From an uncultured Nitrospiraceae bacterium (lineage in GTDB: Bacteria; Hydrogenedentota; Hydrogenedentia; Hydrogenedentales; SLHB01), in contig CAZPMT010000003.1 of the NCBI GenBank assembly GCA_964587655.1, positions 50,915 through 114,914 of the forward strand: 64,000 nt of DNA, in the 5' to 3' direction. The first letter of the stretch is position 1. The number at the start of each line of letters is the position of its first letter. Positions 46,221 through 55,925 of the stretch are shown in pieces. Below the pieces are notes generated by a model, which saw only the letters and a list, made by a program, of their open reading frames with translations, ran no database searches and was not told where the DNA came from. The position numbers and the translations under genes are program-made.

Positions 46221-46904
46221 TTATTGTAGCGGCTGGACCCAAATGTTGCGATACTGCACCTTGTTGCCGTGGTCTTGCAGCAGGAGCGGCCCCGTCTTGG
46301 ATTCATCGCCGCTGACGCCGCCCGGCGTCGTGCCGTCCAGTTCCACGTTGTCGTGTATGACGATGCCGTTCTGCTCCACGTTAATCACCGCGTTCTTGAC
46401 CTTCTTGCCGCTTTCATCGAACTTCGGCGCTCGAAACGTAATATCGTAATTCTTCCCATCAATCAAGACGATGGCGCCGACGGGCGGCTACGCGCCCAGT
46501 GTGGGCGGCTTCTTCTCGATACGCGCCATCTCGAATTCGCCCGGTGCGTTACGCCCAGAGATCTTGCCGGTCACCTTGCCGCCCTTGATCTTGGCCTTGA
46601 CCTCGCAGGCTCCGCCGACGGCCGCGCCGAGATCCCCGGCGCCCGACAACCCCACCTCATCCTTTTCCATCGCGCCCGTCATGGCTACTTCCACGGATTT
46701 GCCGTCGCCGGCGGGTACAGCGAGGATCGCGCGATATCCGCCCTTGCCCTGCGCCACGACCTTCGCCGAAACGGGCTTGTCCTTCCAGGCCTTCTGCGTG
46801 AACTTGCCTTCCCAGTTGCCTTGGAGGGGATCTGTGTCCTGTGCAACCGCGATAGCGCCTCCGATCAGCAGTCCCATCGCCAAAATACATATTGTTCGTT
46901 TCAT
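46221..46904 (-). pseudogene. DUF1080 (3-keto-glycoside hydrolase) pseudogene
   Basis: PPTLGA*PPVGAIVLIDGKN is joined directly to YDITFRAP..LLQDHGNKVQYRNIW. In-frame TAG at 46488-46490; central domain missing. Confidence 0.8.
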
Positions 46905-47030
46905 CCAGGTTCTCCTTTGAATCAGAAGCCAAACGCCGCCCGCCCGCGCGACGGAACGTGATCCTAGCACATGAATAGGCGGCAGGCAATTGACGCAAGG
47001 GATAATGTGTTCAAAGAAGGGAGGAAGAAA

Positions 47031-47123
47031 TGGCGGAGAGACCGGGATTCGAACCCGGGGTGCAGCTTTAAACCACACAACGCCTTAGCAGGGCGCCACC
47101 TTCAACCACTCGGTCATCTCTCC
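47031..47123 (-). tRNA. tRNA-Ser (GCT)
   Basis: GGAGAGA acceptor stem, anticodon loop CT-GCT-AA, long variable arm, GGTTCGAATCC, encoded CCA. Confidence 0.97.
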
Positions 47124-47208
47124 GCGTGGCACTGTTAAAGTACCACGATTTCCTCCGGAATGCAACTTGAGGAATGATGCGCCTTGAAGGCGATTTCACA
47201 CTGCACCG

Positions 47209-48054
47209 CTATTCCTTGAGCCCGGACGTGGAAAAGCTCTTTACGATCTGGTTCTGGAATATGAAGAAGATGACCAGCACCGGGATGATCGCCAGCGCCG
47301 CGCCGGCCATCTGGATGTTCTCGACCTTTGTATAGCGCCCCTGAAGCAAGGCGAGTCCGAGCGGCAGTGTAAACTTCGATTCGTCGAGGATGAAGATTAG
47401 CGGCGCGACGAAGTTGTTCCAGTTCCAGAGGAACGTCAGGATTCCGAGCGTGGCGAGCAGCGGACGCGACAACGGCACAATGATCTGCCAGTAGATCCGG
47501 AATTCGCCGCAGCCGTCGATTCGCGCCGCGTCGATTAGGTCGTCGGGCACGCCTTGTATGAATTGCCGCGCGAGAAAGATGTTAAACGAGCCCGCGAGGT
47601 TCGGGATGATGAGTGGAAGAAACGTGTTCAGCCAACCGAAGTCGCGCATCAACAGGAATCCGGGCACAAGCAGCACCGTCCCTGGGATCAGCATCGTCGA
47701 CAACAAAAAGAGGAACAGCGCGTCCCTGTACGGGAACTTGTGCTTTGCGAAGGCGTAGCCTGCAAGCGTGCAGAAGAACATCGAACCCAGCATGGTCGCC
47801 GTTGCAACGATGAGGCTGTTCATCATGAATCTGCCGTAGGCGAGACCCTCTAGCAGCGTGCGATATGGATCGAGCGTCGGGTGGGTCAGCGTGAGGCTCA
47901 CGGGGACCCTTGCGATCTCTTCGAGCGGCTTCATCGAAGTGATGACCATGTAGTAGAAGGGGACGGCGAGTATTGCTCCCGCCGCGTATACGAAGGCATA
48001 CAGCCCCGCGCGTTGGGTGAACCGTCTCGCGGAATATCGGTTGAGCGTTTTCAT
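47209..48054 (-). CDS. Carbohydrate ABC transporter permease (MalG-like)
   Basis: NSLIVA..AGYAFAK, LIDAARIDG and WNNF motifs. Confidence 0.93.
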   Translation of the reverse strand: MKTLNRYSARRFTQRAGLYAFVYAAGAILAVPFYYMVITSMKPLEEIARVPVSLTLTHPTLDPYRTLLEGLAYGRFMMNSLIVATATMLGSMFFCTLAGYAFAKHKFPYRDALFLFLLSTMLIPGTVLLVPGFLLMRDFGWLNTFLPLIIPNLAGSFNIFLARQFIQGVPDDLIDAARIDGCGEFRIYWQIIVPLSRPLLATLGILTFLWNWNNFVAPLIFILDESKFTLPLGLALLQGRYTKVENIQMAGAALAIIPVLVIFFIFQNQIVKSFSTSGLKE

Positions 48055-50504
48055 CGCGCCGATTTCCTTATCGACAATCTCAGGTTCACGGCCGTGATGA
48101 CGAAGAGCAGCACGAAAAGAATGAAGGCGATCGCCGACGCTTCGCCCATCTTGAACAACTCGAATCCCTTTCGGTAGATGAACGGCGCGATTGTCATCCC
48201 GCAATCGTCGGGACCGAACTTCGATTCCGCTTCCCCGGTTCCTCCTCCCATCATGTAGATCTGCTCGAAAACCTGCACGGCCCCGATCGAACCCATTATG
48301 ACGAGAAAAGCGAATTGCGGCATAAGGCTGGGAAGACTGACGTGCAGGAATTGCCGCACCGCGCCCGCGCCGTCCATGCTCGCCGCCTCATAGAGTTGCT
48401 TCGGAACGTTCTGAAGTCCGGCAAGAAAGATCAACACCGTAAACGCCAATCCCTGCCAGATCGTCATGACTATCACGCAATTCAGAAAAGTCCCTTTGTC
48501 TTTCAGAAAGTTGATTGGATCTTTGATCAAGCCGAGGCCCAGCAGAAGCGAGTTTATCCAGCCGTACGTCGTGCCCATGTACAATGCGAACCAGATTAGA
48601 CTCACCGATACCACCGAGGTCACGAGCGGCGAGAAGTAGAGAAACTTCACAAAGCGGTCCGGCCAGAGAGACTTGTCCAGACAAGCGGCGAGGATCACGC
48701 CGATGCAGATCTGTCCCGGAAGCACGAGCAAAGCGAAGTAGTAGGAACGTCCAAGGCTTTGCCAAAGGACTTTGCTCTTGATCAATGCCGCGTAGTTATC
48801 GAGTCCCACCCACTGCGCTTGGGACAACGGCATTAGCGGGTTGTAGGTTGTGAAGCTCAGATACAGCGCCACGACGATTGGGACGAAAATGAAGATCAGC
48901 GCGGATATCAGAGGGGGAGACACGAAACAGTAGGATATCCAGCGCGACCTCGTCTCTTTACGCGAAAGCAAGATGCCCGCGGCCGCCGCGATCAGCGCCA
49001 AGGCCGACCATTTTGCATAATCCAGGACGTCGCTGCCCGTTTCGCCGGAAAACGCGTGGTCAACGTAACGTCCAAAGTGTTGTTCATATACCGCGCGGTC
49101 ATTCTCGAGTCTTTCCTGCGCTTCAGGCGCCAGGCGCGCAAGGACTTCCTCGCTCTTGGCGTTCAGAAACTCCTTGTACGCCTGCCGTTCCTCGGGGAAT
49201 TCGCCGGATGCCATGGCCTTCTTGAAATCGAATACGCTGATGCCTCGTTTGGACGCCATCTGTTTGAAGAGCTGCTGGATTAGGTCCTGCATCTCATACA
49301 TGCTGCGTTCGAGCGGGAGGGATGCCTCGCCAAGCCACGGATACGCCTCGCGCGTGTTCATTCGCTCGTATACGTCGCGCAATGCCGCCTGGCATCCGGG
49401 CAGCAGGCCGAGGTCGTCATTCCAGAATTCGCGGTTGATCGACAACATCAGCCCGGATCGTTCGCCGAGGTTCGCGCAGGCCTTGTAGAGATAGACCTGC
49501 GATTCTTTGGAGAGAATGAACTCTATCCACTTCATTGCCTCTTCGGGATGTTTGCCTTCTCTGAAGATCACCATGACGCGCCCGCCCATTATCGTCGCGG
49601 CCTCGCCGTCATCGGGTTTTGGGAACGGGAATAGGCCGAACTTGCCGCGCATTTGCGGCGCGCGCGTCAGGATCTCCGTGTATCGGAAATGGAGATCGAT
49701 GAACATTGGGGAAGCCTTTGCGGGATCTTCCAGCATGAACATCTCGACGGGCTTTTCCCAGAGCGAGTTGTACCTGTTCCAGATATCGATTGCGTAACGG
49801 TATCCCTTCAGAAAGCCGGGATCGAGCCAATTGACCTTGAGCCCGCCGTCGCTGAACGAATCCTGTCCGAACGGCCACGTGAACGTGCCGATGGCCCAAT
49901 GCGAGTTCCGCGTCCATCCGAAGGCATACTCGTAGCCGCGGGCGGTGATTACGTCGAGGATGTGATCGAGTTGCGACCACGTTTCCGGCGGCTTGAGTCC
50001 GAGCGAATCGAAGACGTCCTTTCTGTAGAAACCGACAAGCGCCGCCGCGTCGAGTGGAACGCCCAAGAGCCGCCCGCGAAAGTAACAGATAGGCCACATC
50101 TTCGGGAAGATCAGGCCCTTCAGGCGTTCTACGGCATCGGGAAACTGCTGTCCGAGGTCCACAAGCCCGCCCACTTTGCCGTACTCCATTGCGCCGCTCA
50201 GATTAGTGGAACCCGCGTCGGGAGGCGTGCCCGCCGCCATGGCCGTAAGGTATTTGGTGTTGAAATCTCCCCACGGGACAGGCTGGATGTGGACGCGAAT
50301 GCCGGTTTGCTTCTCGAAGACTGCGGCGAGTTCGCGCATCACGACAACGTCGTCATAGTTTCCCACATGCCAGAAGTTGACGACGTCTTCTTGAGCGGCG
50401 TGCGCCAGAAAACAGAAAGAGGAAAGGAATCCGACTAGGAGTGAGAATCGAATTCCTTTCCCCCGAGATCGCAACTCTTCACGCATGCTGACAGCCCGGT
50501 CCAA
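48051..50504 (-). CDS. Fused sugar-binding protein + ABC permease (MalF-like)
   Basis: N-terminal SBP (FEKQTGIRV..PPD, YRKDVF..PPETW); C-terminal VGLDNY, LYEAASMDGA and GEASAIA. Confidence 0.9.
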   Translation of the reverse strand: MDRAVSMREELRSRGKGIRFSLLVGFLSSFCFLAHAAQEDVVNFWHVGNYDDVVVMRELAAVFEKQTGIRVHIQPVPWGDFNTKYLTAMAAGTPPDAGSTNLSGAMEYGKVGGLVDLGQQFPDAVERLKGLIFPKMWPICYFRGRLLGVPLDAAALVGFYRKDVFDSLGLKPPETWSQLDHILDVITARGYEYAFGWTRNSHWAIGTFTWPFGQDSFSDGGLKVNWLDPGFLKGYRYAIDIWNRYNSLWEKPVEMFMLEDPAKASPMFIDLHFRYTEILTRAPQMRGKFGLFPFPKPDDGEAATIMGGRVMVIFREGKHPEEAMKWIEFILSKESQVYLYKACANLGERSGLMLSINREFWNDDLGLLPGCQAALRDVYERMNTREAYPWLGEASLPLERSMYEMQDLIQQLFKQMASKRGISVFDFKKAMASGEFPEERQAYKEFLNAKSEEVLARLAPEAQERLENDRAVYEQHFGRYVDHAFSGETGSDVLDYAKWSALALIAAAAGILLSRKETRSRWISYCFVSPPLISALIFIFVPIVVALYLSFTTYNPLMPLSQAQWVGLDNYAALIKSKVLWQSLGRSYYFALLVLPGQICIGVILAACLDKSLWPDRFVKFLYFSPLVTSVVSVSLIWFALYMGTTYGWINSLLLGLGLIKDPINFLKDKGTFLNCVIVMTIWQGLAFTVLIFLAGLQNVPKQLYEAASMDGAGAVRQFLHVSLPSLMPQFAFLVIMGSIGAVQVFEQIYMMGGGTGEAESKFGPDDCGMTIAPFIYRKGFELFKMGEASAIAFILFVLLFVITAVNLRLSIRKSAR

Positions 50505-50537
50505 ACGCGAGTTTCACTACGGTTTCTCCACAAGCGC

Positions 50538-51548
50538 TCAGAAAACGGTGGAGTTGGCCTTCAAGAATTCCAAGACCTCGTCGACCCTGCAGAAACACAG
50601 ACACGTGCATGTGTCCGCGGCGCCGTAATACAGCGCGATGCGCCCCGTCGGCGCGTCGCAGATTGCCGCGCACGGGAAACACACGTTCGGGACAAACCCG
50701 GCGCATTCGTAATCCGTCGTCGGGAACAGAAGGTACTTGTTCGTCCTGTAGAGGACTTTCGATGGATTGTCTATATCCAGCAACGCGGCGCCCATGCTGT
50801 ACACGAAGCCGTTGCAATTGTTGATCACGCCATGGTAGAAGAGCAGCCAGCCTTCCGTGGTCTCGATCGGGGTTGGGCCCGCTCCGATCTTAGTTCCCTG
50901 CCACCACTGCCCGCCCTTTCCCATGACGAAGCGGTGGCGTCCCCAGTAGATCATGTCCGGGCTCTCGCTCAAGAAGATATCGCCGAAAGGCGTGTGACCG
51001 TTGTCGCTGGGGCGACTGAGCATTACGTACTTGCCGTTGATCTTGCGCGGAAACAGGACCCCGTTGCGGTTGAACGGCAGAAACGCATTTTCGAGGCGCT
51101 CGAACTTAACGAAATCCTTCGTCCGCGCAACGCCTATCGTCGGTCCGTGATAATCCGCGCACCACGAGACGTAATACACGTCCTCGATCTTGCACACGCG
51201 CGGATCGTATGTGTACGCGGAAACGTCGATCTCCGGAACCGCGCAGGACATCTTGATCTTCTCGTTCTCGATATCCCAATGAATCCCGTCCTTGCTTCGC
51301 GCAAGATGCAGACGCGGCATACTGTCGAGATATTCGACCCGCATGACGCCGATGAAACCGTCGCCGAATGGAATCGCGGCGCTGTTGTAAACGCCTTGCG
51401 CGCATGGAATCGGGTTGCGTCCGATGATCGGGTTCCGTGTATAGCGCCACACGACATCGCTGCAACCTTCCGGCCTCTCGGCCCAAGGCATGTTCCGCAC
51501 GGGATCGCCGAGGATCGTGTGCCTCATTGCAGGCGCGGTTTCTCCCAT
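50538..51548 (-). CDS. GH130 beta-mannoside phosphorylase
   Basis: WRYTRNPII, YNSA, YDPRV, PFNRNGVLFPRKING, RPSDNGHTPFGDIF and YYGAAD motifs. Confidence 0.92.
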   Translation of the reverse strand: MGETAPAMRHTILGDPVRNMPWAERPEGCSDVVWRYTRNPIIGRNPIPCAQGVYNSAAIPFGDGFIGVMRVEYLDSMPRLHLARSKDGIHWDIENEKIKMSCAVPEIDVSAYTYDPRVCKIEDVYYVSWCADYHGPTIGVARTKDFVKFERLENAFLPFNRNGVLFPRKINGKYVMLSRPSDNGHTPFGDIFLSESPDMIYWGRHRFVMGKGGQWWQGTKIGAGPTPIETTEGWLLFYHGVINNCNGFVYSMGAALLDIDNPSKVLYRTNKYLLFPTTDYECAGFVPNVCFPCAAICDAPTGRIALYYGAADTCTCLCFCRVDEVLEFLKANSTVF

Positions 51549-51579
51549 CGTAGCGCTCCTTTCATCATAACTCACGAAA

Positions 51580-51603
51580 GACAAGGGGTTGCAACCCCTT
51601 GTC
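51580..51603. repeat. 24-bp perfect palindrome, copy 3
   Basis: GACAAGGGGTTGCAACCCCTTGTC upstream of the GH130 gene. Confidence 0.9.
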
Positions 51604-51636
51604 TAACCGCATTTAGGCTCATTATGCAAACGGCCG

Positions 51637-53970
51637 TCAGCCGGCGCGAAGGAAACGCGCGCCGCACAGCAACGCGGCCCCGCTCAAAATCCCTTGCGGC
51701 CACAGGCCTGACACGGGCAGTCCAGCTTCGTTGGCCGGCTTCACCTTTACTGCAATATCTCTTATGAAATGCGGCAACGTTCCCGTAATCACGCCCTCCA
51801 CCGGAACGACGGATTCCTTTCCGGCCTTACCGCCCGTGTCCCACGTCCTGTAATACTCGATAGTATACGCGCCGGATTTCATGCCGTATAGCTTGAACGT
51901 CGCGTCGGCGACCGTGCCGTGATTGCTGTATCCGTACTGGCTTCCGACATCGTAGATCCAGAGATATGCCGAGTCGTCGCTCGAAAGCCCGATGCCCTGC
52001 AGGAAGTTCGACCCGGAACCGGCGAATCCGTAGTTCTCGATCTTAAGCCAATCGTCTCCCGTGTTCTGTACCTGGACGGTATGCGTGCCCGCGGGAATCG
52101 TCGCATCCAGTTGAAGATTCGTCGCGCCGTTGGCGGGAGAAAGCGATGCGACAGGGCTCCCGTCCGCCAGGATGCGCACTCCGTTGCCGCCCCACCCGGA
52201 AACTTCGGTGATGTAGAGGCGCAAAGTAAACGGCTCGGTGAAACTCGTGTTAAGTATGGGATCGGAGCGCCACTGCGCCTTACTCGAACCATGCAGATAC
52301 ACCGTTTGCTTCCAGAACTCCTGGATTCGTCCGGAGGTGTCCACGGTGAACGTCGTCTGCTGGGAACCTGCTCCGAAATCGCTGATCCCCGGCGTATTCG
52401 GCTGAAAGATCAACTCCTTCGCCGAGCCGCTCATATTCAGTTCAAACACGGCGGCGGAGAGTTTCCTTTTTCCAAGATCTTCTCCCGCGGCATAGTCCGC
52501 AAGCGGCTTGTACATGCCGAACAAGTCCAGCGCTTCGATATAGGTGTCCCACCACCACAAGTGGCCGCCATTTCGCAAATGGAAAGCCGCCCACATGCCG
52601 TTATGGAAGTGCAATCCTTGCCGGAGTTGCGTTCGATAGGGTTCAGGACGCGAATTATAGTCGATCTCGGGTACTGCGCCCCCCGCCACCAACCCATACT
52701 CGGCGGTCAGCACCGGTTTGTAATTCGTATGGAGTTTCTCGACGGCCGACTGCATGCTGCCGAGTATGTTTGACGTGTAAGAATGAACTTCGACAAGGTT
52801 AATCGCCGGCAACGCCCATATGGCGTTGAATCCGGACTGATCGGCGCTCGTCGTGACCAGATGCCCAAACGCATCGACATCATGCAGGTATTGCGACATC
52901 TCTCCGTGCCAAGCCACAACGGACGACGCATTACTGGCCCACCCGTCCGTATACTGCACCTCGTTCCATAACTCCCAGCTATGAATGGCCGTCGAGTATC
53001 CCCAACGCGCGACAATATAGCGGTACTTGTTGCGCGTAAGCCGGCGCGCCTCCGCGTCCGTGAAGAAATCCGCCGCGCTATTCAACCAACCGCCGTCCTG
53101 GGCCGCGTTTGCCGCGTTATACGGATTGCGGTCCCAATTCGAGTTCGTCGACGAAGAGAACTGCCCGTGGTGTTGGAGCGTAAGTTGAATGGCGATGCCA
53201 CGCTGTTCGGCGGCTTCGACGATGCGGTCCAGCTTCCACGCGATCTCCGTCGAATACCGGCCAACGCCGTGGAAATAGGAACCGTCCGTAGTTGACCATT
53301 CGATGTTCTGGCCCACGTAGAAATGCGTCATCCAGATCCGCGCCCACGTCACGCCTCCGCGCGCGCATCCGTCGAAATGCCGCGTCCACCATGCCAGGCC
53401 AGTGTTGTTCGCCGCCCACCCAACGTTGTGGCCTATGGGAAAGTACTGTTCCCCGGTGCTGCGCCTAAGCAAGTACGGATCATCGGTATCGAGGCGGATG
53501 AAACCCTTATTGGCCGCCTTAGCGGTACACGCAAAAGTGCTGCTGCCGGCAATCGTCTCTGTGCCGAGATGGTCAGCAACGATGATCTGATAGCTGTGTA
53601 CGCCTGTCAGAGTCGGGGAGAAACGTGCCTTCCAACACGGATTGCGGCCATTCACATACTGCTCGGGATCGCCCGGCGCCGCGTCGTACTCCATGTAGTA
53701 GAACGCTGGAACCGTCCGTTCCGAGCCGCCGGGTTCCGTGAACTTCACGCGAATATCGACCTCTGCAACGTCGAAAGGATTCGTGTACGTCCTGGACAGG
53801 GTAAACGTCAATTCAAACTTCTCGTATTGACCGATAGTCCCGCTGTTTTGCGACTGGGACGTAACGATATCTTGCGCCCAAACCGTGCCGGTCGCCGCCA
53901 CAACCAACAACACCGCGGCGGGAATGTGCAACACTATCGATCCACGACCCAAACGTAGCCGGTTAAGCAT
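51637..53970 (-). CDS. Secreted DUF5060 + GH5-like glycoside hydrolase (probable mannanase) with C-terminal sorting tail
   Basis: YEKFEL..YTNPFD, WKARFSP, RYIVARWGYS..WELWNE and KPVLTAEYG motifs; tail LPVSGLW..LLCGARFLR. Confidence 0.82.
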   Translation of the reverse strand: MLNRLRLGRGSIVLHIPAAVLLVVAATGTVWAQDIVTSQSQNSGTIGQYEKFELTFTLSRTYTNPFDVAEVDIRVKFTEPGGSERTVPAFYYMEYDAAPGDPEQYVNGRNPCWKARFSPTLTGVHSYQIIVADHLGTETIAGSSTFACTAKAANKGFIRLDTDDPYLLRRSTGEQYFPIGHNVGWAANNTGLAWWTRHFDGCARGGVTWARIWMTHFYVGQNIEWSTTDGSYFHGVGRYSTEIAWKLDRIVEAAEQRGIAIQLTLQHHGQFSSSTNSNWDRNPYNAANAAQDGGWLNSAADFFTDAEARRLTRNKYRYIVARWGYSTAIHSWELWNEVQYTDGWASNASSVVAWHGEMSQYLHDVDAFGHLVTTSADQSGFNAIWALPAINLVEVHSYTSNILGSMQSAVEKLHTNYKPVLTAEYGLVAGGAVPEIDYNSRPEPYRTQLRQGLHFHNGMWAAFHLRNGGHLWWWDTYIEALDLFGMYKPLADYAAGEDLGKRKLSAAVFELNMSGSAKELIFQPNTPGISDFGAGSQQTTFTVDTSGRIQEFWKQTVYLHGSSKAQWRSDPILNTSFTEPFTLRLYITEVSGWGGNGVRILADGSPVASLSPANGATNLQLDATIPAGTHTVQVQNTGDDWLKIENYGFAGSGSNFLQGIGLSSDDSAYLWIYDVGSQYGYSNHGTVADATFKLYGMKSGAYTIEYYRTWDTGGKAGKESVVPVEGVITGTLPHFIRDIAVKVKPANEAGLPVSGLWPQGILSGAALLCGARFLRAG

Positions 53971-53989
53971 TTCTTGACCTCTTCCCAGT

Positions 53990-54147
53990 TGAGCAAACGG
54001 GTTTGTCCAGGTAATGGACGGGATGGACGATGTGGACAGAATGGACATAACCGAGCAGGTGAGTCTTCTCGGCGTCCACGGCGTCCATAACGTCCATGCC
54101 GTCCATCATTTCGGATAGCGCCTCTAATCTTGACTGCCGAATCCAGG
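53990..54147. mobile_element. MITE-like element, copy 2 (left end eroded)
   Basis: GGGTTTGTCC..(TGGAC)n..(GTCCA)n..CTTGACTGCCGAATCCAGG, collinear with 46045-46185. Confidence 0.7.
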
Positions 54148-54194
54148 ATCACGCATCGTCACTAGACCACGTTCGCCCCCTGGCCCATAAATGA

Positions 54195-54259
54195 ATTGGC
54201 GGGTCTCCTGCCCTGTCCGGGCCTGTGTAGCGTCCCGGACTGACACCAGACCCGCCAAT
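54195..54259 (-). terminator. Long stem-loop downstream of CBM gene
   Basis: ATTGGCGGGTCT ... AGACCCGCCAAT 12-bp stem with inner GTCCGGG/CCCGGAC stem. Confidence 0.5.
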
Positions 54260-54294
54260 CATCGACAATACAAACTCCTAAGCCATATTCCGGC

Positions 54295-55845
54295 TTAAGA
54301 CTTCCTCTTCATCGTGTACGCGCCGAGAAGCGCCGCGGCGAGAATGCCAAGGCCCACAAGCCCAACCGCCGGCACGGCGATGCCCTGATCAAGGAGCGGA
54401 TTCAGACCAAATTGCAGTTCAACGCCATTGGGAATCCCGTCCCCGTCGGCATCGTCGGCAGCATCGCCGACAAAAGCAACCTTGTCAAAGTCGAGCCAGC
54501 CCCAGCCTTGCCGAAGCGAGATTGTGTTCGGCCCGTCGTCGAGATCAACTTCGTACGTGTACTCGTGCCACGTAAGGTCGGACCCGCTGCTCGACGGCGG
54601 GTTGATCTCGGGGTTCTGCCAACTACCATTGACGTACAGGGCTTCCGAGCGCCCGGATCCCGGTCCATCCCAGCTATTGCTGTTGCGGCCCGTGACGACA
54701 AGCGTGTATGTCCCTGCACTTGCTTCAATGCCGGACCAGGTGATCGCGCCGCCGTTCACTCCAACATACTCGCCGTTGCTGGCCGTCCCGTCTGCGTTGA
54801 TTACCGGATTCCAATCCGGCTGTGAGCCATCCTCGAGGGTTGCCTCTTCAGCTTCGAGCGACAACAGCGTCAAAGGTCCCGCCGGCTCGCCTTCGCCCTC
54901 ACCTTCACCTTCGCCCTCACCCTCACCTTCGCCCTCACCTTCGCCTTCACCTTCGCCGGCCGTTGCGCCCGGCACGATCAGATAGTCACAATCCAACCAA
55001 CCCCAGTCGACAAGGGGGTTACAGGTAAACGCCACCGAGTTGTTTCCGGCGCTGAGCGATGCGCTGCCAACGACAAGGAAGTTGCCGACGTCCCATGTGG
55101 CTTGGTTTACGCCCTGGGCGACTACTTTGCCAAGCACGGTACCGCCGACCGACACCGTAAAGTCGCGTTGCCCCGCCCCATTGCCAGTTCGGTTTCTCAT
55201 GCGAAACCACAACGGGTACTCGCCGTCGCTCGGGACGCTCAGCGAGAAGGTCAGTGTGCCGTCGTTCAGCGACACCCACGCGTCACCGCTTGCACTCTCA
55301 CCACTGCCCAGCGATGCGCTGCCCCCGAGCGTGGCGGCCTCGGCCTCGAACTTCAGTTCTCCGCTCAAGTCCGGAACGTCGGACACGTCGATATAGTCTA
55401 CGTCGATATAGCCCCAATTATCGGTGAACTTCAGCTCATTATCTCCTGAGTTCAGGGCTGTTACGATTATGTGGTCCTCTCCGCCGCCGGGAAAATCGCC
55501 CCAAGCCATATTCTTTTTCTGCATCAATATGGTCGAGACCTGTGTGCTGTTGACAAGGAAATTCTCCTTTCGCGTTGCCGGGTCGTCACCACCGCGGTTT
55601 CCTACGCGGATCACCAACATGTAGTCGCCAGACGAGGCAACATTGGCGGTGATGGCCAGACTGCCGTGCACCATGTCGACAAATGCGCCATTGCTTGGGC
55701 CCGAAGTGGTGTATGCCACTGCACCGCCGGCCAAGGTCCCGTTTTCTGCCTCGTACCTGGCGGCTTGCGCGCTTCCGGATGCAATCAGGCATGCCAACGC
55801 GAGCAAGCAAACCGATACTGCGTGTATCCTCAAGTTCCTTCCCAT
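54295..55845 (-). CDS. Secreted non-catalytic protein with three CBM35/CBM6-like modules, (GE)12 linker and sorting tail
   Basis: Three YEAE/FEAE/LEAE..WG(Y/W)..D modules, DADGDG motif, tail VPAVGLVGLGILAAALLGAYTMKRKS. Confidence 0.85.
   Translation of the reverse strand: MGRNLRIHAVSVCLLALACLIASGSAQAARYEAENGTLAGGAVAYTTSGPSNGAFVDMVHGSLAITANVASSGDYMLVIRVGNRGGDDPATRKENFLVNSTQVSTILMQKKNMAWGDFPGGGEDHIIVTALNSGDNELKFTDNWGYIDVDYIDVSDVPDLSGELKFEAEAATLGGSASLGSGESASGDAWVSLNDGTLTFSLSVPSDGEYPLWFRMRNRTGNGAGQRDFTVSVGGTVLGKVVAQGVNQATWDVGNFLVVGSASLSAGNNSVAFTCNPLVDWGWLDCDYLIVPGATAGEGEGEGEGEGEGEGEGEGEGEGEPAGPLTLLSLEAEEATLEDGSQPDWNPVINADGTASNGEYVGVNGGAITWSGIEASAGTYTLVVTGRNSNSWDGPGSGRSEALYVNGSWQNPEINPPSSSGSDLTWHEYTYEVDLDDGPNTISLRQGWGWLDFDKVAFVGDAADDADGDGIPNGVELQFGLNPLLDQGIAVPAVGLVGLGILAAALLGAYTMKRKS
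54886..54957 (-). repeat. (GE)12 coding repeat
   Basis: 12 GGN-GAR hexamers with synonymous variation. Confidence 0.95.
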
Positions 55846-55925
55846 CTTGTGCTCCTCCTTGTTTGTTAACGATTTCACATGCGCCTTCACTTCCACCGTA
55901 TCAACTTTCAGGACTACAGTTCAAT

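Noticed and set aside
46488-46490. Pyrrolysine or amber read-through
   Set aside because: The same gene also lacks its core, TAG is used as a normal stop in many genes here, and no pyl genes are seen.
45600-47123. Integrative island at tRNA-Ser
   Set aside because: No integrase and no duplicated tRNA 3' end found in the window.
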